A stretch of DNA of 64,000 bases from Candidatus Nomurabacteria bacterium (GCA_016699365.1 CP064973.1:639916-703915), one strand, 5' to 3'. Numbered from the stretch's first letter, positions 21,760 to 32,155 are shown. Notes: generated by a model from the sequence alone, not told the origin. Program-made: numbers and translations.

Positions 21760-22493
21760 TTGGATCCTTCTATTATATCTAAAACATCTTTTGCAGAATT
21801 TTCTCCAATAAATTTCTCAAACAAATGGAGATTGTCTAGATTGTAAAGTATAGCTACAACAGAAATTATTGATACCACGAATGCGGATTTTAAAACTGAA
21901 CCAAGAAGAAAGCCAACAGAAGGAATAACTGTAACTGTTGCCAATAGTATAAACATAAAAAAGAATATCAAAAACCATTGAAATACGGGAATACGTTCTT
22001 GAAAAATCATAACCATATTTTTTCGCAAAACCTGACAATCACTCAAGTTTGAGAGTACTCTCCCTAGAGATTGGTTACGTAAACTTTCTTGCTTGTTATT
22101 TCCTACTTCTTCTTCTAAAATATCGTGCATTCTGGTTATGGTATTGGATTTGTGAGTAAAGTGATAATCCCAAGATTTGGAATCTACAACTTTTTGATAA
22201 TGATCTTTTATTATTTCTCCAAATCTATCTTGGATACTTTTTGAAATATTTCCAGAAACTCTATATATACCTGACATCTTACCGTCAAAAGTACTTATAA
22301 TTTCTCGTATTTTTGTATATCGATTCCCTTGTCTGGTTATGAAAAATCCAGTAAAGATTGAGAAAAAGAAAGTTGTAATAGTTATAAAAACTCTATCTGT
22401 ATTTTCAGCTCCAACCGGCACCATAAAGTATATATATGATAGAACAATAAAAAGTAAGACTAGGATTATTTCGATTTTATTCCTTATGTGCAT
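21756..22493 (-). CDS. hypothetical membrane protein (245 aa)
   Basis: ORF track, multiple TM helices, overlaps the downstream gene by 4 nt. Confidence 0.45.
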   Translation of the reverse strand: MHIRNKIEIILVLLFIVLSYIYFMVPVGAENTDRVFITITTFFFSIFTGFFITRQGNRYTKIREIISTFDGKMSGIYRVSGNISKSIQDRFGEIIKDHYQKVVDSKSWDYHFTHKSNTITRMHDILEEEVGNNKQESLRNQSLGRVLSNLSDCQVLRKNMVMIFQERIPVFQWFLIFFFMFILLATVTVIPSVGFLLGSVLKSAFVVSIISVVAILYNLDNLHLFEKFIGENSAKDVLDIIEGSK

Positions 22494-22495
22494 AA

Positions 22496-23368
22496 TTATT
22501 GTAAATGATTAAATAATTTTAATCTCGCTTCTACTACTGCCTCGATTGCATCTACTGCTGGTCCTAAAATCTTTGCTGGAGTTATTTCGTTTGGATTTTC
22601 TTCTATGGCTTCTTTTACTTCATCTCTGAAGGCGAGACGTATCTCTGAGTTTATGTGCACAACTGAAACCCCAGCCTTGATTGCATTCGTAAAGTCCTCA
22701 TCTCGAAGACCTGAACCACCGTGCAATACAAGAGGAATCTTTACTGTGTCTTTTATTTCTTTCACCAAGTCTGCATCTATATGAGGCTTGCCGGATTTTA
22801 TAAGTCCATGGATAGAACCAACAGATGGAGCGAACATGTCCACTCCTGTCTCGTCAACAAACTTCTTTGCGTCTTCAGGTTTAGTCAAAACTCCAGCACC
22901 CTCTGGAATAGAATCTTTTATATCTGAACCAGAACCTATGTAGCCGAGCTCAGCTTCAACTAAAATATCTCGGCCAGTATTTTTACTAACCTCGCGTGCA
23001 TAATCTACACACTGTTTAGTTATTTTTACATTTTCATCGAAAGATAGCTTTGCTCCATCAAATATAACCATATCAAATCCTGCATCTATACAGACCCTAA
23101 CTGATTCGAATGATCCGTGGTGATCAGCGTTCAAGAAAATAGGATAATCATCGCGTTCGCGAATAGTTTTTACAAGTGCGGCAACCTCTTCGATTCCAGC
23201 AAATTTTTGCTCCCCTTCTGAAACTCCGATTATAACTGGTAAATTTAATTTCTTTGCTGCATTGTATATTCCATGCAATGCCTCTAGGTTTGAAATATTG
23301 AAGTGCCCTATAGCAACTCCCTTCGTATCAGCATCTTGTATATATTCACGTAATGTTTTCATATGCAC
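22496..23368 (-). CDS. fba: class II fructose/tagatose-bisphosphate aldolase
   Basis: GHFNISNLE, HxDHG-type metal site ADHHGSF, LVLHGGSG. Confidence 0.85.
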   Translation of the reverse strand: MHMKTLREYIQDADTKGVAIGHFNISNLEALHGIYNAAKKLNLPVIIGVSEGEQKFAGIEEVAALVKTIRERDDYPIFLNADHHGSFESVRVCIDAGFDMVIFDGAKLSFDENVKITKQCVDYAREVSKNTGRDILVEAELGYIGSGSDIKDSIPEGAGVLTKPEDAKKFVDETGVDMFAPSVGSIHGLIKSGKPHIDADLVKEIKDTVKIPLVLHGGSGLRDEDFTNAIKAGVSVVHINSEIRLAFRDEVKEAIEENPNEITPAKILGPAVDAIEAVVEARLKLFNHLQ

Positions 23369-23415
23369 AGTATACCCTATAGAATAATCAGCTCAAACTC
23401 TGTTATAATATCCAT

Positions 23416-24423
23416 ATGTTATTTAGTAAAAAACCCTATGACTTTGTCGCGATCGGAGATATTGTAACCGACGCATTTATAAAACTAAAAGATGCATCTA
23501 CACACTGCAAGCTCGACCAGAGTGCATGTGAGCTTTGTGTGCGCTTTGGAGACAAAGTACCATTTGAATCTGTAGAAATAATTCCTGCTGTTGGAAACTG
23601 TGCAAATGCGGCCGTATCTGCAAGTCGACTTGGTTTAAAAAGTGCTCTAGTGTCAACCGTTGGAGATGACCAAAACGGAAAAGACTGTCTGATGGCTCTA
23701 GAAAAAAATGGAGTTTCTACAGATTATATGCGCACCAATAGTGAATTCCCAACAAACTATCACTATGTACTTTGGTATGACGTGGAGCGAACAATACTTG
23801 TAAAGCATGCACCATTCCCCCACTCTCTTCCAAAAAATATGCGAGCTCCAAAGTGGATATATCTAACATCTCTCGGTGAGAATTCTGTAGAATTTCATGA
23901 AGAAATCGCAAATTATTTAAAATCTCATCCAGAAACTAAGCTCGCATTTCAACCGGGAACTTTCCAAATAAAACTAGGAACTGAAAAACTGAAACACATC
24001 TATTCAGTTACGGAAATATTTTTCTGTAACGTAGAAGAAGCACAGAGAATTCTAAACTCAACCGAAACAGACAAGTTGAAACTTATGGACATGCTTCACG
24101 TACTTGGACCAAAGATAATCGTAATGACTGACGGGATAGCGGGTGCATATGCACGAGAAGAATCTGGAACAAGCTGGTTTATGCCAGTATACCCTCACAC
24201 ACCTTTTGAGCGCACTGGAGCGGGTGATGCTTTTGCTTCAACTATCGCAAGTACAATTGCTATGGGTAAAAGTCTAAAAGAAGCTCTGTATTGGGCACCT
24301 ATAAACGCAATGTCAGTAACACTACAAGTCGGCGCGCAAAAAGGACTATTAACAAAAAACAAAATCGAAGAGCTTCTCGCACAAGCACCTAGCGACTACA
24401 AACTCAAAAACCTGCGTAACTAG
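23416..24423 (+). CDS. PfkB-family carbohydrate kinase
   Basis: N-terminal GDIVTD...GG..N.A and the C-terminal anion hole GAGDAFASTI. Confidence 0.75.
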   Translation: MLFSKKPYDFVAIGDIVTDAFIKLKDASTHCKLDQSACELCVRFGDKVPFESVEIIPAVGNCANAAVSASRLGLKSALVSTVGDDQNGKDCLMALEKNGVSTDYMRTNSEFPTNYHYVLWYDVERTILVKHAPFPHSLPKNMRAPKWIYLTSLGENSVEFHEEIANYLKSHPETKLAFQPGTFQIKLGTEKLKHIYSVTEIFFCNVEEAQRILNSTETDKLKLMDMLHVLGPKIIVMTDGIAGAYAREESGTSWFMPVYPHTPFERTGAGDAFASTIASTIAMGKSLKEALYWAPINAMSVTLQVGAQKGLLTKNKIEELLAQAPSDYKLKNLRN

Positions 24424-24470
24424 TTTGACCAAACTAGAATTTCCTAGTATAGTTTTAAAAAAGTAAAAAG

Positions 24471-24977
24471 ATGGGAGAACTTACAGAAGGTACATTGAAA
24501 CGCCTTTCTTTTGATTCAGCAGAAAGAGCGATAAATTTTTGTATAAAAAGTAGCGAGGGAAAGACTCATATAACTGGAGGAAGATTCAAAATATTCCTTC
24601 CTTATATTGAATCTATTGGGGAAAACCTACCCTTGCGATGGAAAGAAATAAACAGAGATATCGTATGCAAAGAAGCAATTTTAAGAACGCTTCTAAGAGA
24701 CATCGACACTGAACTGGAAATCCGAAAAGTGTTGATATGGCATCTAAATGATATAAATTTATTTCGTGATATCTGCGCAATGAAAAAATCGCATCTATCA
24801 AAAAAAGAAACAGCTAAAGCTGAATGCCTCGACTGGATTCTTGCGGAGCTAAATATATCTCGGCAATATCTACAAGACGAATTAAAGAAAATAGAAGAAA
24901 AAATTTTTTCTATGAAGTCTACTCAAGAACGTTCCCATAATACACTTATGGAAATGCGAAATAGACTTCTAAACTAA
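24471..24977 (+). CDS. hypothetical protein (168 aa)
   Basis: Intact ORF with a terminator downstream. Confidence 0.45.
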   Translation: MGELTEGTLKRLSFDSAERAINFCIKSSEGKTHITGGRFKIFLPYIESIGENLPLRWKEINRDIVCKEAILRTLLRDIDTELEIRKVLIWHLNDINLFRDICAMKKSHLSKKETAKAECLDWILAELNISRQYLQDELKKIEEKIFSMKSTQERSHNTLMEMRNRLLN

Positions 24978-25003
24978 AAAAAGGTCCCATTTGGGACCTT
25001 TTA
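24978..25003. terminator. bidirectional intrinsic terminator (AAAGGTCCCA-TT-TGGGACCTTT)
   Basis: Perfect stem between the convergent genes. Confidence 0.6.
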
Positions 25004-25005
25004 AT

Positions 25006-25995
25006 TTATCTATTCAAAACTTTTTGTATTGCGTCTTTTATAGCTTCGCGTCCCATACCATAGTGCTCTATGAGCTCAAGAGGCGTTCCTGACTGACCAA
25101 ACTTATCTTTTACTCCGATAAATTCTATTGGTACTGGGAACTCCTCTGCGAGTACTTCCGCCACAGCTGAACCCATACCTCCCATAACCTGATGTTCCTC
25201 TACAGTCACGATATGTTTTGTTTCTTTTGCGAGCGCTATGATTCCACTCCTATCTATCGGCTTGATTGTTGCAAGATTCATCACTTTCACTTTTATTCCT
25301 TTTTTTTCTAAATCGCGTGCAGCGAGTATTGCATTTCGAACAAGTGCACCAGTTGCGATCACACCAACATGTGCGATGCCGTCTGGTTCATAAAAGATTT
25401 GTGACTTACCAATTTCAAATGGAGTCTCATCTGTTGTCATAATACCAGTCTTCTCACGAGCAAGGCGTAAGTATGCAGGCTTTCCAAGCTTCGCAAGTGC
25501 CAAAGTTGCTTTGCGAGCCTCTGTTGCGTCACATGGCGAAATTACAACCATGTTTGGCATCGTGCGCATGATAGCCATGTCTTCGATAGCCTGGTGCGTT
25601 CCACCGTCTGGGCCGACAGAGATTCCTGCATGACTTCCGACGATTACCACCGGTCGATCATTGTAAGCGATAGTAGTGCGTATCTGTTCCCAGTTTCTTC
25701 CAGGAGAAAACATTGCATAACTAGAGCAAAATGGAACCTTCCCCATCGCAGCCATACCTGAAGCAACAGTTACAAGATTTTGTTCTGCTACACCAATCTC
25801 TACAAATCTTTCCGGAAATTTTGCCTTAAACTTATCCATCTTTGTACTCTCAGTCAGATCAGCACAGAGCGCTACAACATTTTTATCTTCTTCCCCAGCT
25901 TTTACTAAGCCATCACCAAAGCCAGAACGAATTGGAATTTGTTCCACATCATCATTGAAAAGTTTTGTATTCAGTTTTAATTTAGGATTTAACAT
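25006..25995 (-). CDS. transketolase, C-terminal (pyrimidine-binding) subunit
   Basis: 329 aa split-type transketolase C-terminal half. Confidence 0.85.
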   Translation of the reverse strand: MLNPKLKLNTKLFNDDVEQIPIRSGFGDGLVKAGEEDKNVVALCADLTESTKMDKFKAKFPERFVEIGVAEQNLVTVASGMAAMGKVPFCSSYAMFSPGRNWEQIRTTIAYNDRPVVIVGSHAGISVGPDGGTHQAIEDMAIMRTMPNMVVISPCDATEARKATLALAKLGKPAYLRLAREKTGIMTTDETPFEIGKSQIFYEPDGIAHVGVIATGALVRNAILAARDLEKKGIKVKVMNLATIKPIDRSGIIALAKETKHIVTVEEHQVMGGMGSAVAEVLAEEFPVPIEFIGVKDKFGQSGTPLELIEHYGMGREAIKDAIQKVLNR

Positions 25996-25997
25996 TT

Positions 25998-26246
25998 TTA
26001 ATTTTCACTTACAAAAGTAAATCTTTCTATACTTTTTCCATCTATATCTTTTTTACCTAAAAAATTATCTTTGTTCCTACAGTATATTCTCCAGCCTGTA
26101 TGCGCTAGATCAGTAAGTCTCTCGTAAACTACAACATCTGTCAGGTCCGCGTCTTTAAATTTAGCAAGAGTTACTATCTTGTACGTATCTCCTTTGTAGT
26201 GTTTCCAAATTTGTCCAGGTTTAATTTCCATATTATTGATGCTCAC
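25998..26246 (-). CDS. DUF1653-like small protein inserted between the transketolase halves
   Basis: The pattern QIWKHYKGDTYKI...VVYE is the DUF1653 signature (from memory). Confidence 0.45.
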   Translation of the reverse strand: MSINNMEIKPGQIWKHYKGDTYKIVTLAKFKDADLTDVVVYERLTDLAHTGWRIYCRNKDNFLGKKDIDGKSIERFTFVSEN

Positions 26247-27096
26247 TTTTAATTTTCCCTCCCAAAGTTCGAAGTTCTTTTAATGCCATATCAGCCTGCT
26301 CCTTGTTTGGCGGAATTCCATGCCATTTGAAATCTCGTTCAAATTCTTTTACACCTTTACCTGGAATTGTACGTGCGATTATGATTGATGGTTTTTCATA
26401 AACTGCTTTTGCTTTCATGATCGCAGACTCCATCGCCAAAAAATTATGTCCATCTACTTCCTGAACATGCCAGTTAAAACTCTCGAATTTTTTTACCAAA
26501 TCATCGAGCGGCATTATGTCTTCGGTATATCCATCTATTTGAATATTATTTCTATCAACTATAGCGATCAGATTGTGGAGTCTTTCCTTTGCACCAAGCA
26601 TCACGGCTTCCCAATTGTTTCCTTCGTTTAGCTCACCATCACCTAACAAGCAATAAAAATATTTATCGCTTCTGTTAGTGTTGTCTATTCTATCTGCTAT
26701 TGCCATACCAACTGCTTGCGAGAGCCCTGAACCAAGAGGTCCAGAACTTGTCTCAAGCCAAGGCATGAATTCACGATGAGGATGGCCTTGCAAGCGAGAA
26801 CCAAACTTCCGTAAAGTTTTCAATTCTTCCAGAGGAAAATACCCCGCGTGCGCCATAGTCGCATAGTACACAGGACAAATATGTCCGTTTGATAACACCA
26901 CTCGATCACGCTCTGACCAATCAGACTTTTTAGGATCATGTTTTAGTATATGAAAAAAAAGTAGAGTAAAAATATCACTCATACCTAAAGGTCCAGCAGT
27001 ATGACCACTTCCAGCTTCTAGTAACATTTCAATTATAGACTTACGAATATCGTTTGCCTTTAATTCAAGCTCTTCGATTTTTTTATCACTCAACAT
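26233..27096 (-). CDS. transketolase, N-terminal (TPP-binding) subunit
   Basis: GHTAGPLGMSD, GDGELNEGNNWEA. Confidence 0.85.
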   Translation of the reverse strand: MLSDKKIEELELKANDIRKSIIEMLLEAGSGHTAGPLGMSDIFTLLFFHILKHDPKKSDWSERDRVVLSNGHICPVYYATMAHAGYFPLEELKTLRKFGSRLQGHPHREFMPWLETSSGPLGSGLSQAVGMAIADRIDNTNRSDKYFYCLLGDGELNEGNNWEAVMLGAKERLHNLIAIVDRNNIQIDGYTEDIMPLDDLVKKFESFNWHVQEVDGHNFLAMESAIMKAKAVYEKPSIIIARTIPGKGVKEFERDFKWHGIPPNKEQADMALKELRTLGGKIKSEHQ

Positions 27097-27115
27097 CTAT
27101 AAAAATATTATAGCA

Positions 27116-27814
27116 TTATCCTAGATCTTTTAGAGCAATTATAACTGCACGAGGATCTTGTGATTTCCAAATTGCAGAACCAACTACAAGTATATTTGCA
27201 CCTGCATCTATTATCTTCGGCGCAGTTTCTAAATTTACAGAGCCATCTACACTAATAGACAAATCTTTATATTGACTTCGGAGGAGGCGAATCCTGTCTA
27301 GAACTCGCTCATCGAACTCTTCACCTTGAAAACCTATTTCATCTATACCCATAAGCTGAACAAAATCTACATGATTCAAAAACGGATATATATCCTCAAG
27401 AGGTGTATCCATTCCAATCGATATGCCAATTTTTAAAATTTCACGAGTATACACATCGATCGCTTCTATAAATTCCTTGAAAGCGCCAGGTTCAGAATTT
27501 TCAGCCTCTAGATGAAAAACCACCCTCTTTGCACCCATTTTTATAAAAGTATCAAATTGTTTTTCAGAATTCCTAACCATCAAATCAAATTCGAAATCTA
27601 CTCTATCCCAAAAAGGTAGTCCTTCTTCTTCAGCGAGAATCTGCTCAAATTGATAATCATCGTTTCCGTTATACGGCCAAGTCTGATTTGGAACAAAATC
27701 TCCATCCATTAAATCTAGTTGAATAGTAGAAACAAGATCAGAAACTAATCCGATTTTTGACTTAATATCTTCTATGCCCTTCGGCATAATTGCAGGAATT
27801 ATTTCTACACTCAT
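27116..27814 (-). CDS. rpe: ribulose-phosphate 3-epimerase-like (with internal insertion)
   Basis: Motifs IIPAIMP, LDLMDGDFVPN, VQLMGIDEIGFQGEEF, SVDGSVN, VVGSAI. The start was reset to MSVEIIPAIMP, which overlaps the rpiB stop. Confidence 0.7.
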   Translation of the reverse strand: MSVEIIPAIMPKGIEDIKSKIGLVSDLVSTIQLDLMDGDFVPNQTWPYNGNDDYQFEQILAEEEGLPFWDRVDFEFDLMVRNSEKQFDTFIKMGAKRVVFHLEAENSEPGAFKEFIEAIDVYTREILKIGISIGMDTPLEDIYPFLNHVDFVQLMGIDEIGFQGEEFDERVLDRIRLLRSQYKDLSISVDGSVNLETAPKIIDAGANILVVGSAIWKSQDPRAVIIALKDLG

Positions 27815-27815
27815 A

Positions 27816-28262
27816 TTATTCTTGGTCAATTTTATTAATTCTTCGTACATGACGCTCGTCACCTGAAAAAGGTCTATCGAGCCAGAGCTTAACCGCTTCC
27901 ATAGCTTCACTTTCAAGTATCATTCGAGCTCCGATAGACAATATATTTGAATCATTGTGTTCTCGAGAGAGCGCTATAATATCAAGTGGACCTCCATAAT
28001 AAACACAGGCCCGAATTCCTTTTACACGATTTGCAACTATAGCCTCCCCTTGTCCAGAACCGCCCAAAACAATTCCACGAGACAGAGCTTCGTTTGCCAC
28101 TGCTACGGCAACAGGTTTACACATATCAGGATAATCATCTTGTGAATCATACGTATCAGAACCTAGATCAATTACCTCGTACCCGAGCGAAGTGACAAAG
28201 GGCTTTAATTTTTCTTTTAGCTCAAAGCCTGCGTGATCTGAACCTATGTATATCTTTTTCAT
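27816..28262 (-). CDS. rpiB: ribose-5-phosphate isomerase B
   Basis: IYIGSDHAGFELKE...GIVLGGSGQGEAIVANRVKGIRA. Confidence 0.85.
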   Translation of the reverse strand: MKKIYIGSDHAGFELKEKLKPFVTSLGYEVIDLGSDTYDSQDDYPDMCKPVAVAVANEALSRGIVLGGSGQGEAIVANRVKGIRACVYYGGPLDIIALSREHNDSNILSIGARMILESEAMEAVKLWLDRPFSGDERHVRRINKIDQE

Positions 28263-28268
28263 AAATAA

Positions 28269-28592
28269 TTAATTCGTATCCTTTGGATAAGTCTCACTCA
28301 CTATATAATCTTCTCTATCCAATGGACCACTATCTTTTAATTTAAATACCGTACCTAGATCAACAGGTGATACATTTTTCAATAATTTTTTTATTTTTGT
28401 AACCCCATTTTCATCTTGCTCCTCTATGAATTCAATTTCATAACTTATGTTTAGTTTTGGGTTAAAATATTTTTTTACCAAATTACCTCCACCTTCAACA
28501 GTTTTTAGAACCTTCATAGGCACCTTGAGCTCTTCGCTTGTTGTATTTATTGGTTTTGGTGCTTTTTTTAAATTAAAATTTAATCCCATCAT
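28269..28592 (-). CDS. hypothetical protein (107 aa)
   Basis: ORF track only. Confidence 0.4.
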   Translation of the reverse strand: MMGLNFNLKKAPKPINTTSEELKVPMKVLKTVEGGGNLVKKYFNPKLNISYEIEFIEEQDENGVTKIKKLLKNVSPVDLGTVFKLKDSGPLDREDYIVSETYPKDTN

Positions 28593-28597
28593 ATATA

Positions 28598-29188
28598 TTA
28601 GTTTAATGTTTCTTCTAAAATAATCTTATTACTAAACCCACCTTTCTTTTCAAATTTTTCTAATCTCCTAAGTTCTATTTCTTTTTTGGAAAAACCTTTG
28701 TAAGCACAGATCGCATCTACAACTTCTAGTACATCAGCTACCTCATCAATATTCTTATCTTTAGCCAGCTCAGATGCTTCTTCTTTTAATTTAGCAAACA
28801 GTTTATCTTCATATTCTATATCATCTGCTATATGTGTTTTAAATTCAACTCCGTTACTAGCCAAATGTTCAGGGATCAGATCTCTAACAAGTTTGTCATA
28901 AGAAATCTTTACCATATCTCCTATTTGAACTGCAGATATATTTTCCGAAACAGAATCATCTTTTTTAGATGAAATAGTTGGAACAAGGGATATAAAATAA
29001 GACAAGATATATGAATTTACAAGCAACAAAAAAACCTCGAGTAAATTCCTGTTTGTAGTACTTTGAATTAACTCAGAAAAAGAATTATCTTCGCCTTTAT
29101 TGAATATCACAAGTAAAATCAATCCGCTCGCAACAAAAACGGAAAGCCAAGTGATCAAATGTTTTTTTGTGGGATGTAAAAATTTCAT
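28598..29188 (-). CDS. membrane-anchored MazG-like nucleotide pyrophosphohydrolase domain protein
   Basis: N-terminal TM segments, then an all-helical EExxE region (LKEEASELAKD...VADVLEVVDAICA) like MazG/HisE. Confidence 0.45.
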   Translation of the reverse strand: MKFLHPTKKHLITWLSVFVASGLILLVIFNKGEDNSFSELIQSTTNRNLLEVFLLLVNSYILSYFISLVPTISSKKDDSVSENISAVQIGDMVKISYDKLVRDLIPEHLASNGVEFKTHIADDIEYEDKLFAKLKEEASELAKDKNIDEVADVLEVVDAICAYKGFSKKEIELRRLEKFEKKGGFSNKIILEETLN

Positions 29189-29239
29189 CTTTATTTGTTA
29201 TTCTAAAATTTCTTAAATACCACCTTTTGTTTCTATTTT

Positions 29240-29407
29240 AATTTCCAGACATTATAAAGTAAGACCGCTCCCAACAATACCTCAAAAGCTCTCAACCAAA
29301 TACTATTTGTAAATAAATCACCAAATGGTTGCATTGCACCAGTTACACCAGCGACAATAAAAGTCAGCGCTCCGATAATTGATAGAATTTTTATAATTAT
29401 GTTCATG
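29240..29407 (-). CDS. small membrane protein (55 aa; DUF378-like), not in ORF track
   Basis: Own translation gives MNIIIKILSIIGALTFIVAGVTGAMQPFGDLFTNSIWLRAFEVLLGAVLLYNVWKLK. Confidence 0.3.
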
Positions 29408-29428
29408 TGTTTTTATTAGTTAATAAAA

Positions 29429-30454
29429 TTATTCAATCGTCTCCCCTGTCTTGATCACATGATCCACAAGTGTGTATGTGTACCCCATTTCATTGTCATA
29501 CCAACCCATCACTTTCACTAGATTGCCACCAACAACACGAGTTAGTTCCAAATCTGCAATAGATGCATGTGATTCACCAAGTATGTCACTTGATACAAGT
29601 GGTTCATCTGTAACTGCAAAAATATCTTTCCACCGAGAATCCTTTGAAGCTTTCACTAAAATTTCATTTACCTCCTCGCGAGTAGTATCGCGCTTCGCAA
29701 TAAATGTAATATCTACTATAGATCCCGCTGGTACTGGAACGCGGATTGATATTCCATCAAATTTGTTTTCCAAAACAGGAAAAGCTTTTGTAACTGCAAT
29801 TGCGGCTCCAGTGGAAGACGGCACGATGTTCTGCGCAGCAGCACGACCTTCGCGTAAATCTTTTTTACTTGGACCGTCTACTAGCGCCTGAGACGCTGTA
29901 TATCCATGCACTGTGTTTAAAATAGCTTTTTCAATTCCTATAGATTCATGCATGATAGCAATAAGAGGACTAGCAGCATTTGTAGTACAAGATGCATTAC
30001 TAGTTATATCGCATGTTCCAAATTTGTCTTCATTTACACCAAGAAGTATTGTTTCGCCAGGAGCAGATGGATCCTCAGATTTTGCAGGAGCTGAAATCAC
30101 AACTTTCTTTGCACCTTGGTCTATATGAAATCGTGCTTTATCAAAACCAGCAAACAATCCTGTAGATTCTACTACAACATCTATACCTAGTGGTCCCCAC
30201 GGAAGTTTAGAAGTATCTTTTTCTGATATAAACTTCACTCGCTTGCCATCTATAATCAAGTCCGCACCATCGACTAGAACTTTATGTCCCCAGTTTCTAT
30301 ATACAGTGTCGTGGCGGAGTAAATACGCAAGACTCTCGATCGAGCCAAGGTCATTTACTGCAACTATATCTATCTCGGGACGTTCCCAGGCAATTTTTAA
30401 AAATGCTCGACCAATTCGTCCAAAGCCATTTATGGCAACTCGTGTTTTTTTCAT
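29429..30454 (-). CDS. gap: glyceraldehyde-3-phosphate dehydrogenase, type I
   Basis: INGFGRIGR, ASCTTN catalytic Cys. Confidence 0.9.
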   Translation of the reverse strand: MKKTRVAINGFGRIGRAFLKIAWERPEIDIVAVNDLGSIESLAYLLRHDTVYRNWGHKVLVDGADLIIDGKRVKFISEKDTSKLPWGPLGIDVVVESTGLFAGFDKARFHIDQGAKKVVISAPAKSEDPSAPGETILLGVNEDKFGTCDITSNASCTTNAASPLIAIMHESIGIEKAILNTVHGYTASQALVDGPSKKDLREGRAAAQNIVPSSTGAAIAVTKAFPVLENKFDGISIRVPVPAGSIVDITFIAKRDTTREEVNEILVKASKDSRWKDIFAVTDEPLVSSDILGESHASIADLELTRVVGGNLVKVMGWYDNEMGYTYTLVDHVIKTGETIE

Positions 30455-30515
30455 TTTCCTATTATAACACTAGATTATTGTGTTCAATAGTGTGCAATTA
30501 GTATTCCTTATAATC

Positions 30516-30539
30516 AAAAAGAGGCTTATGCCTCTTTTT
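30516..30539. terminator. intrinsic terminator (AAAAAGAGGC-TTAT-GCCTCTTTTT)
   Basis: Between the gap start region and the DUF1003 gene. Confidence 0.5.
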
Positions 30540-30541
30540 GA

Positions 30542-31045
30542 TTATTTATCTTCACTTTCTATTGCTCGTTTTATCTCTTTGATATCTGTCTTCTGTTTCA
30601 TTTCCCTAAGCTCATCATCATCCTCTGGTGATAATCCCAAGTGATCATGGATTTCATCCAACATATTTAATATTCTTGTGATTTCTGCCTCTGCGCGCAA
30701 GTTTAGCTCAAAATCAACTTCTTCACGCATATCTGCAATCTTTGATGATCTATTCTGACTCATTAAAACTATGACTGACAAGAAAATTGCTTCGAGGGAC
30801 ACTGTCATTGTAAGAAAAGTAAACGGATATGGATCAAAAGGCACCAAGCCTGGTATGATTCCCATATTCCAGACTATCCAAAATATAAAAACAATAGTAT
30901 TTATAGCCAAAAACCAGGTCGATCCAAAATTCTCAGTCAACATGTCCGCAAAGCGCCCCATTTTAGTTTTCTTGTCTTTTATGCGAGCACGAAATCCGAC
31001 AATGGTTTCAGTTTTTGAATTTATTTTTTTATTTGGTTCGTACAT
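30542..31045 (-). CDS. DUF1003 family membrane protein
   Basis: FGSTWFLAINTIVFIFWIVWN...FDPYPFTFLTMTVSLEAIFLSVIVLMSQNR (DUF1003 pattern from memory). Confidence 0.55.
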   Translation of the reverse strand: MYEPNKKINSKTETIVGFRARIKDKKTKMGRFADMLTENFGSTWFLAINTIVFIFWIVWNMGIIPGLVPFDPYPFTFLTMTVSLEAIFLSVIVLMSQNRSSKIADMREEVDFELNLRAEAEITRILNMLDEIHDHLGLSPEDDDELREMKQKTDIKEIKRAIESEDK

Positions 31046-31047
31046 AT

Positions 31048-31533
31048 TTATTTTGATTGATATGAAATAACTATATCATCTTTGTCTCGCAATACTGTAT
31101 TTTCAAAAGTATCTACAATCTCCCCATTCACAGATACAACTATTGTATGAGTATCATCTGTTTGGAAAGAGAGAATATTTTGACTATCAAAAGGCTTATC
31201 CCAAACTGCAAAGAAATCAGAAAGTGTAAAATCTCTTTGTATCGGTGATTCAACGTGGATCACACCACCACCTTCGTGTGTATGAATAGAGTTCATACAA
31301 GTAACATTTATACCTATATTTGCAGGTATTTCTTGTTTTTGTCCATTTATGATTATGGTCAGATTGGGATGGATATGAAACTCTGTTGCCATGTCTGTAG
31401 TACAAAGAAGCGCAACCTCTCTGTTGGTAAGTGGCTCACTTATATCACTATTTTCAAATCTAAAAAAACCTTTAAAAGCTAGGATCGACATAGCTAATAC
31501 AAAAATTAAAACAAATATACTTCTTTTACTCAT
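31048..31533 (-). CDS. hypothetical secreted protein (161 aa)
   Basis: N-terminal signal peptide. Confidence 0.4.
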   Translation of the reverse strand: MSKRSIFVLIFVLAMSILAFKGFFRFENSDISEPLTNREVALLCTTDMATEFHIHPNLTIIINGQKQEIPANIGINVTCMNSIHTHEGGGVIHVESPIQRDFTLSDFFAVWDKPFDSQNILSFQTDDTHTIVVSVNGEIVDTFENTVLRDKDDIVISYQSK

Positions 31534-31535
31534 AT

Positions 31536-32150
31536 TTATATTAGATTTATTATTATCATAGCAATCGACATAAATACCATAATCACATTTTCAACCACTG
31601 TCACATAAGACAATGGCAAGGAAAATTTTGTACCCGCACAAGAACATTTGATATCTGCACCATTTTTTAAAACCTTGATAATACCGAGAGTTTGAATACC
31701 AAGCATTGGGATTGTAAGTATAGATACGATCATAGAGGCCTTGTGAAAATGCAGCAGTAAGCCAAAGAAAAAAAATACAAAAGGATACAGGCCTGCATAC
31801 CACGAAAACTTCTGTGCTATTGGATGGTATTTCTTTAGAACTTCACTAGTAGAAGACAGAGAGTAAAGTTGCATTGCTCCAAAAAACATAAAGAAGCCAG
31901 CCATAAAGTCATTGAGAATGTTGTCTAGCCCGTAGTTTGAAAGAAAATAATATCTACCGAGCATATACAAAAATATCAAGCCAATCAAAACAAAAAGTAT
32001 ACGATAAGTCTTTAAGCCAGATAGAATCCTCGATTGATTTATTCTCTTTGATCCAGACGGAGCATGGTGTTTGCAATAATTATGCACCAAACCATCCTTG
32101 TCTATAAATAGATGGGTGGAATCCATTGAACATAGTTCACATTTTGTCAT
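31536..32150 (-). CDS. hypothetical membrane protein with N-terminal Cys/His cluster
   Basis: CELCS...YCKHH, then 4-5 TM helices. Confidence 0.4.
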   Translation of the reverse strand: MTKCELCSMDSTHLFIDKDGLVHNYCKHHAPSGSKRINQSRILSGLKTYRILFVLIGLIFLYMLGRYYFLSNYGLDNILNDFMAGFFMFFGAMQLYSLSSTSEVLKKYHPIAQKFSWYAGLYPFVFFFFGLLLHFHKASMIVSILTIPMLGIQTLGIIKVLKNGADIKCSCAGTKFSLPLSYVTVVENVIMVFMSIAMIIINLI

Positions 32151-32155
32151 ATATT

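Noticed and set aside
22721-22927. 68-aa plus-strand ORF inside fba, 24613-24801 minus ORF inside the 168-aa gene, 26446-26631 inside tkt
   Set aside because: Antisense shadow ORFs in AT-rich coding sequence.
27816-27916. 34-aa N-terminal extension of rpe in the ORF track
   Set aside because: The extension overlaps rpiB in another frame. The conserved Rpe N-terminus begins at MSVEIIPAIMP (ATG 27814).
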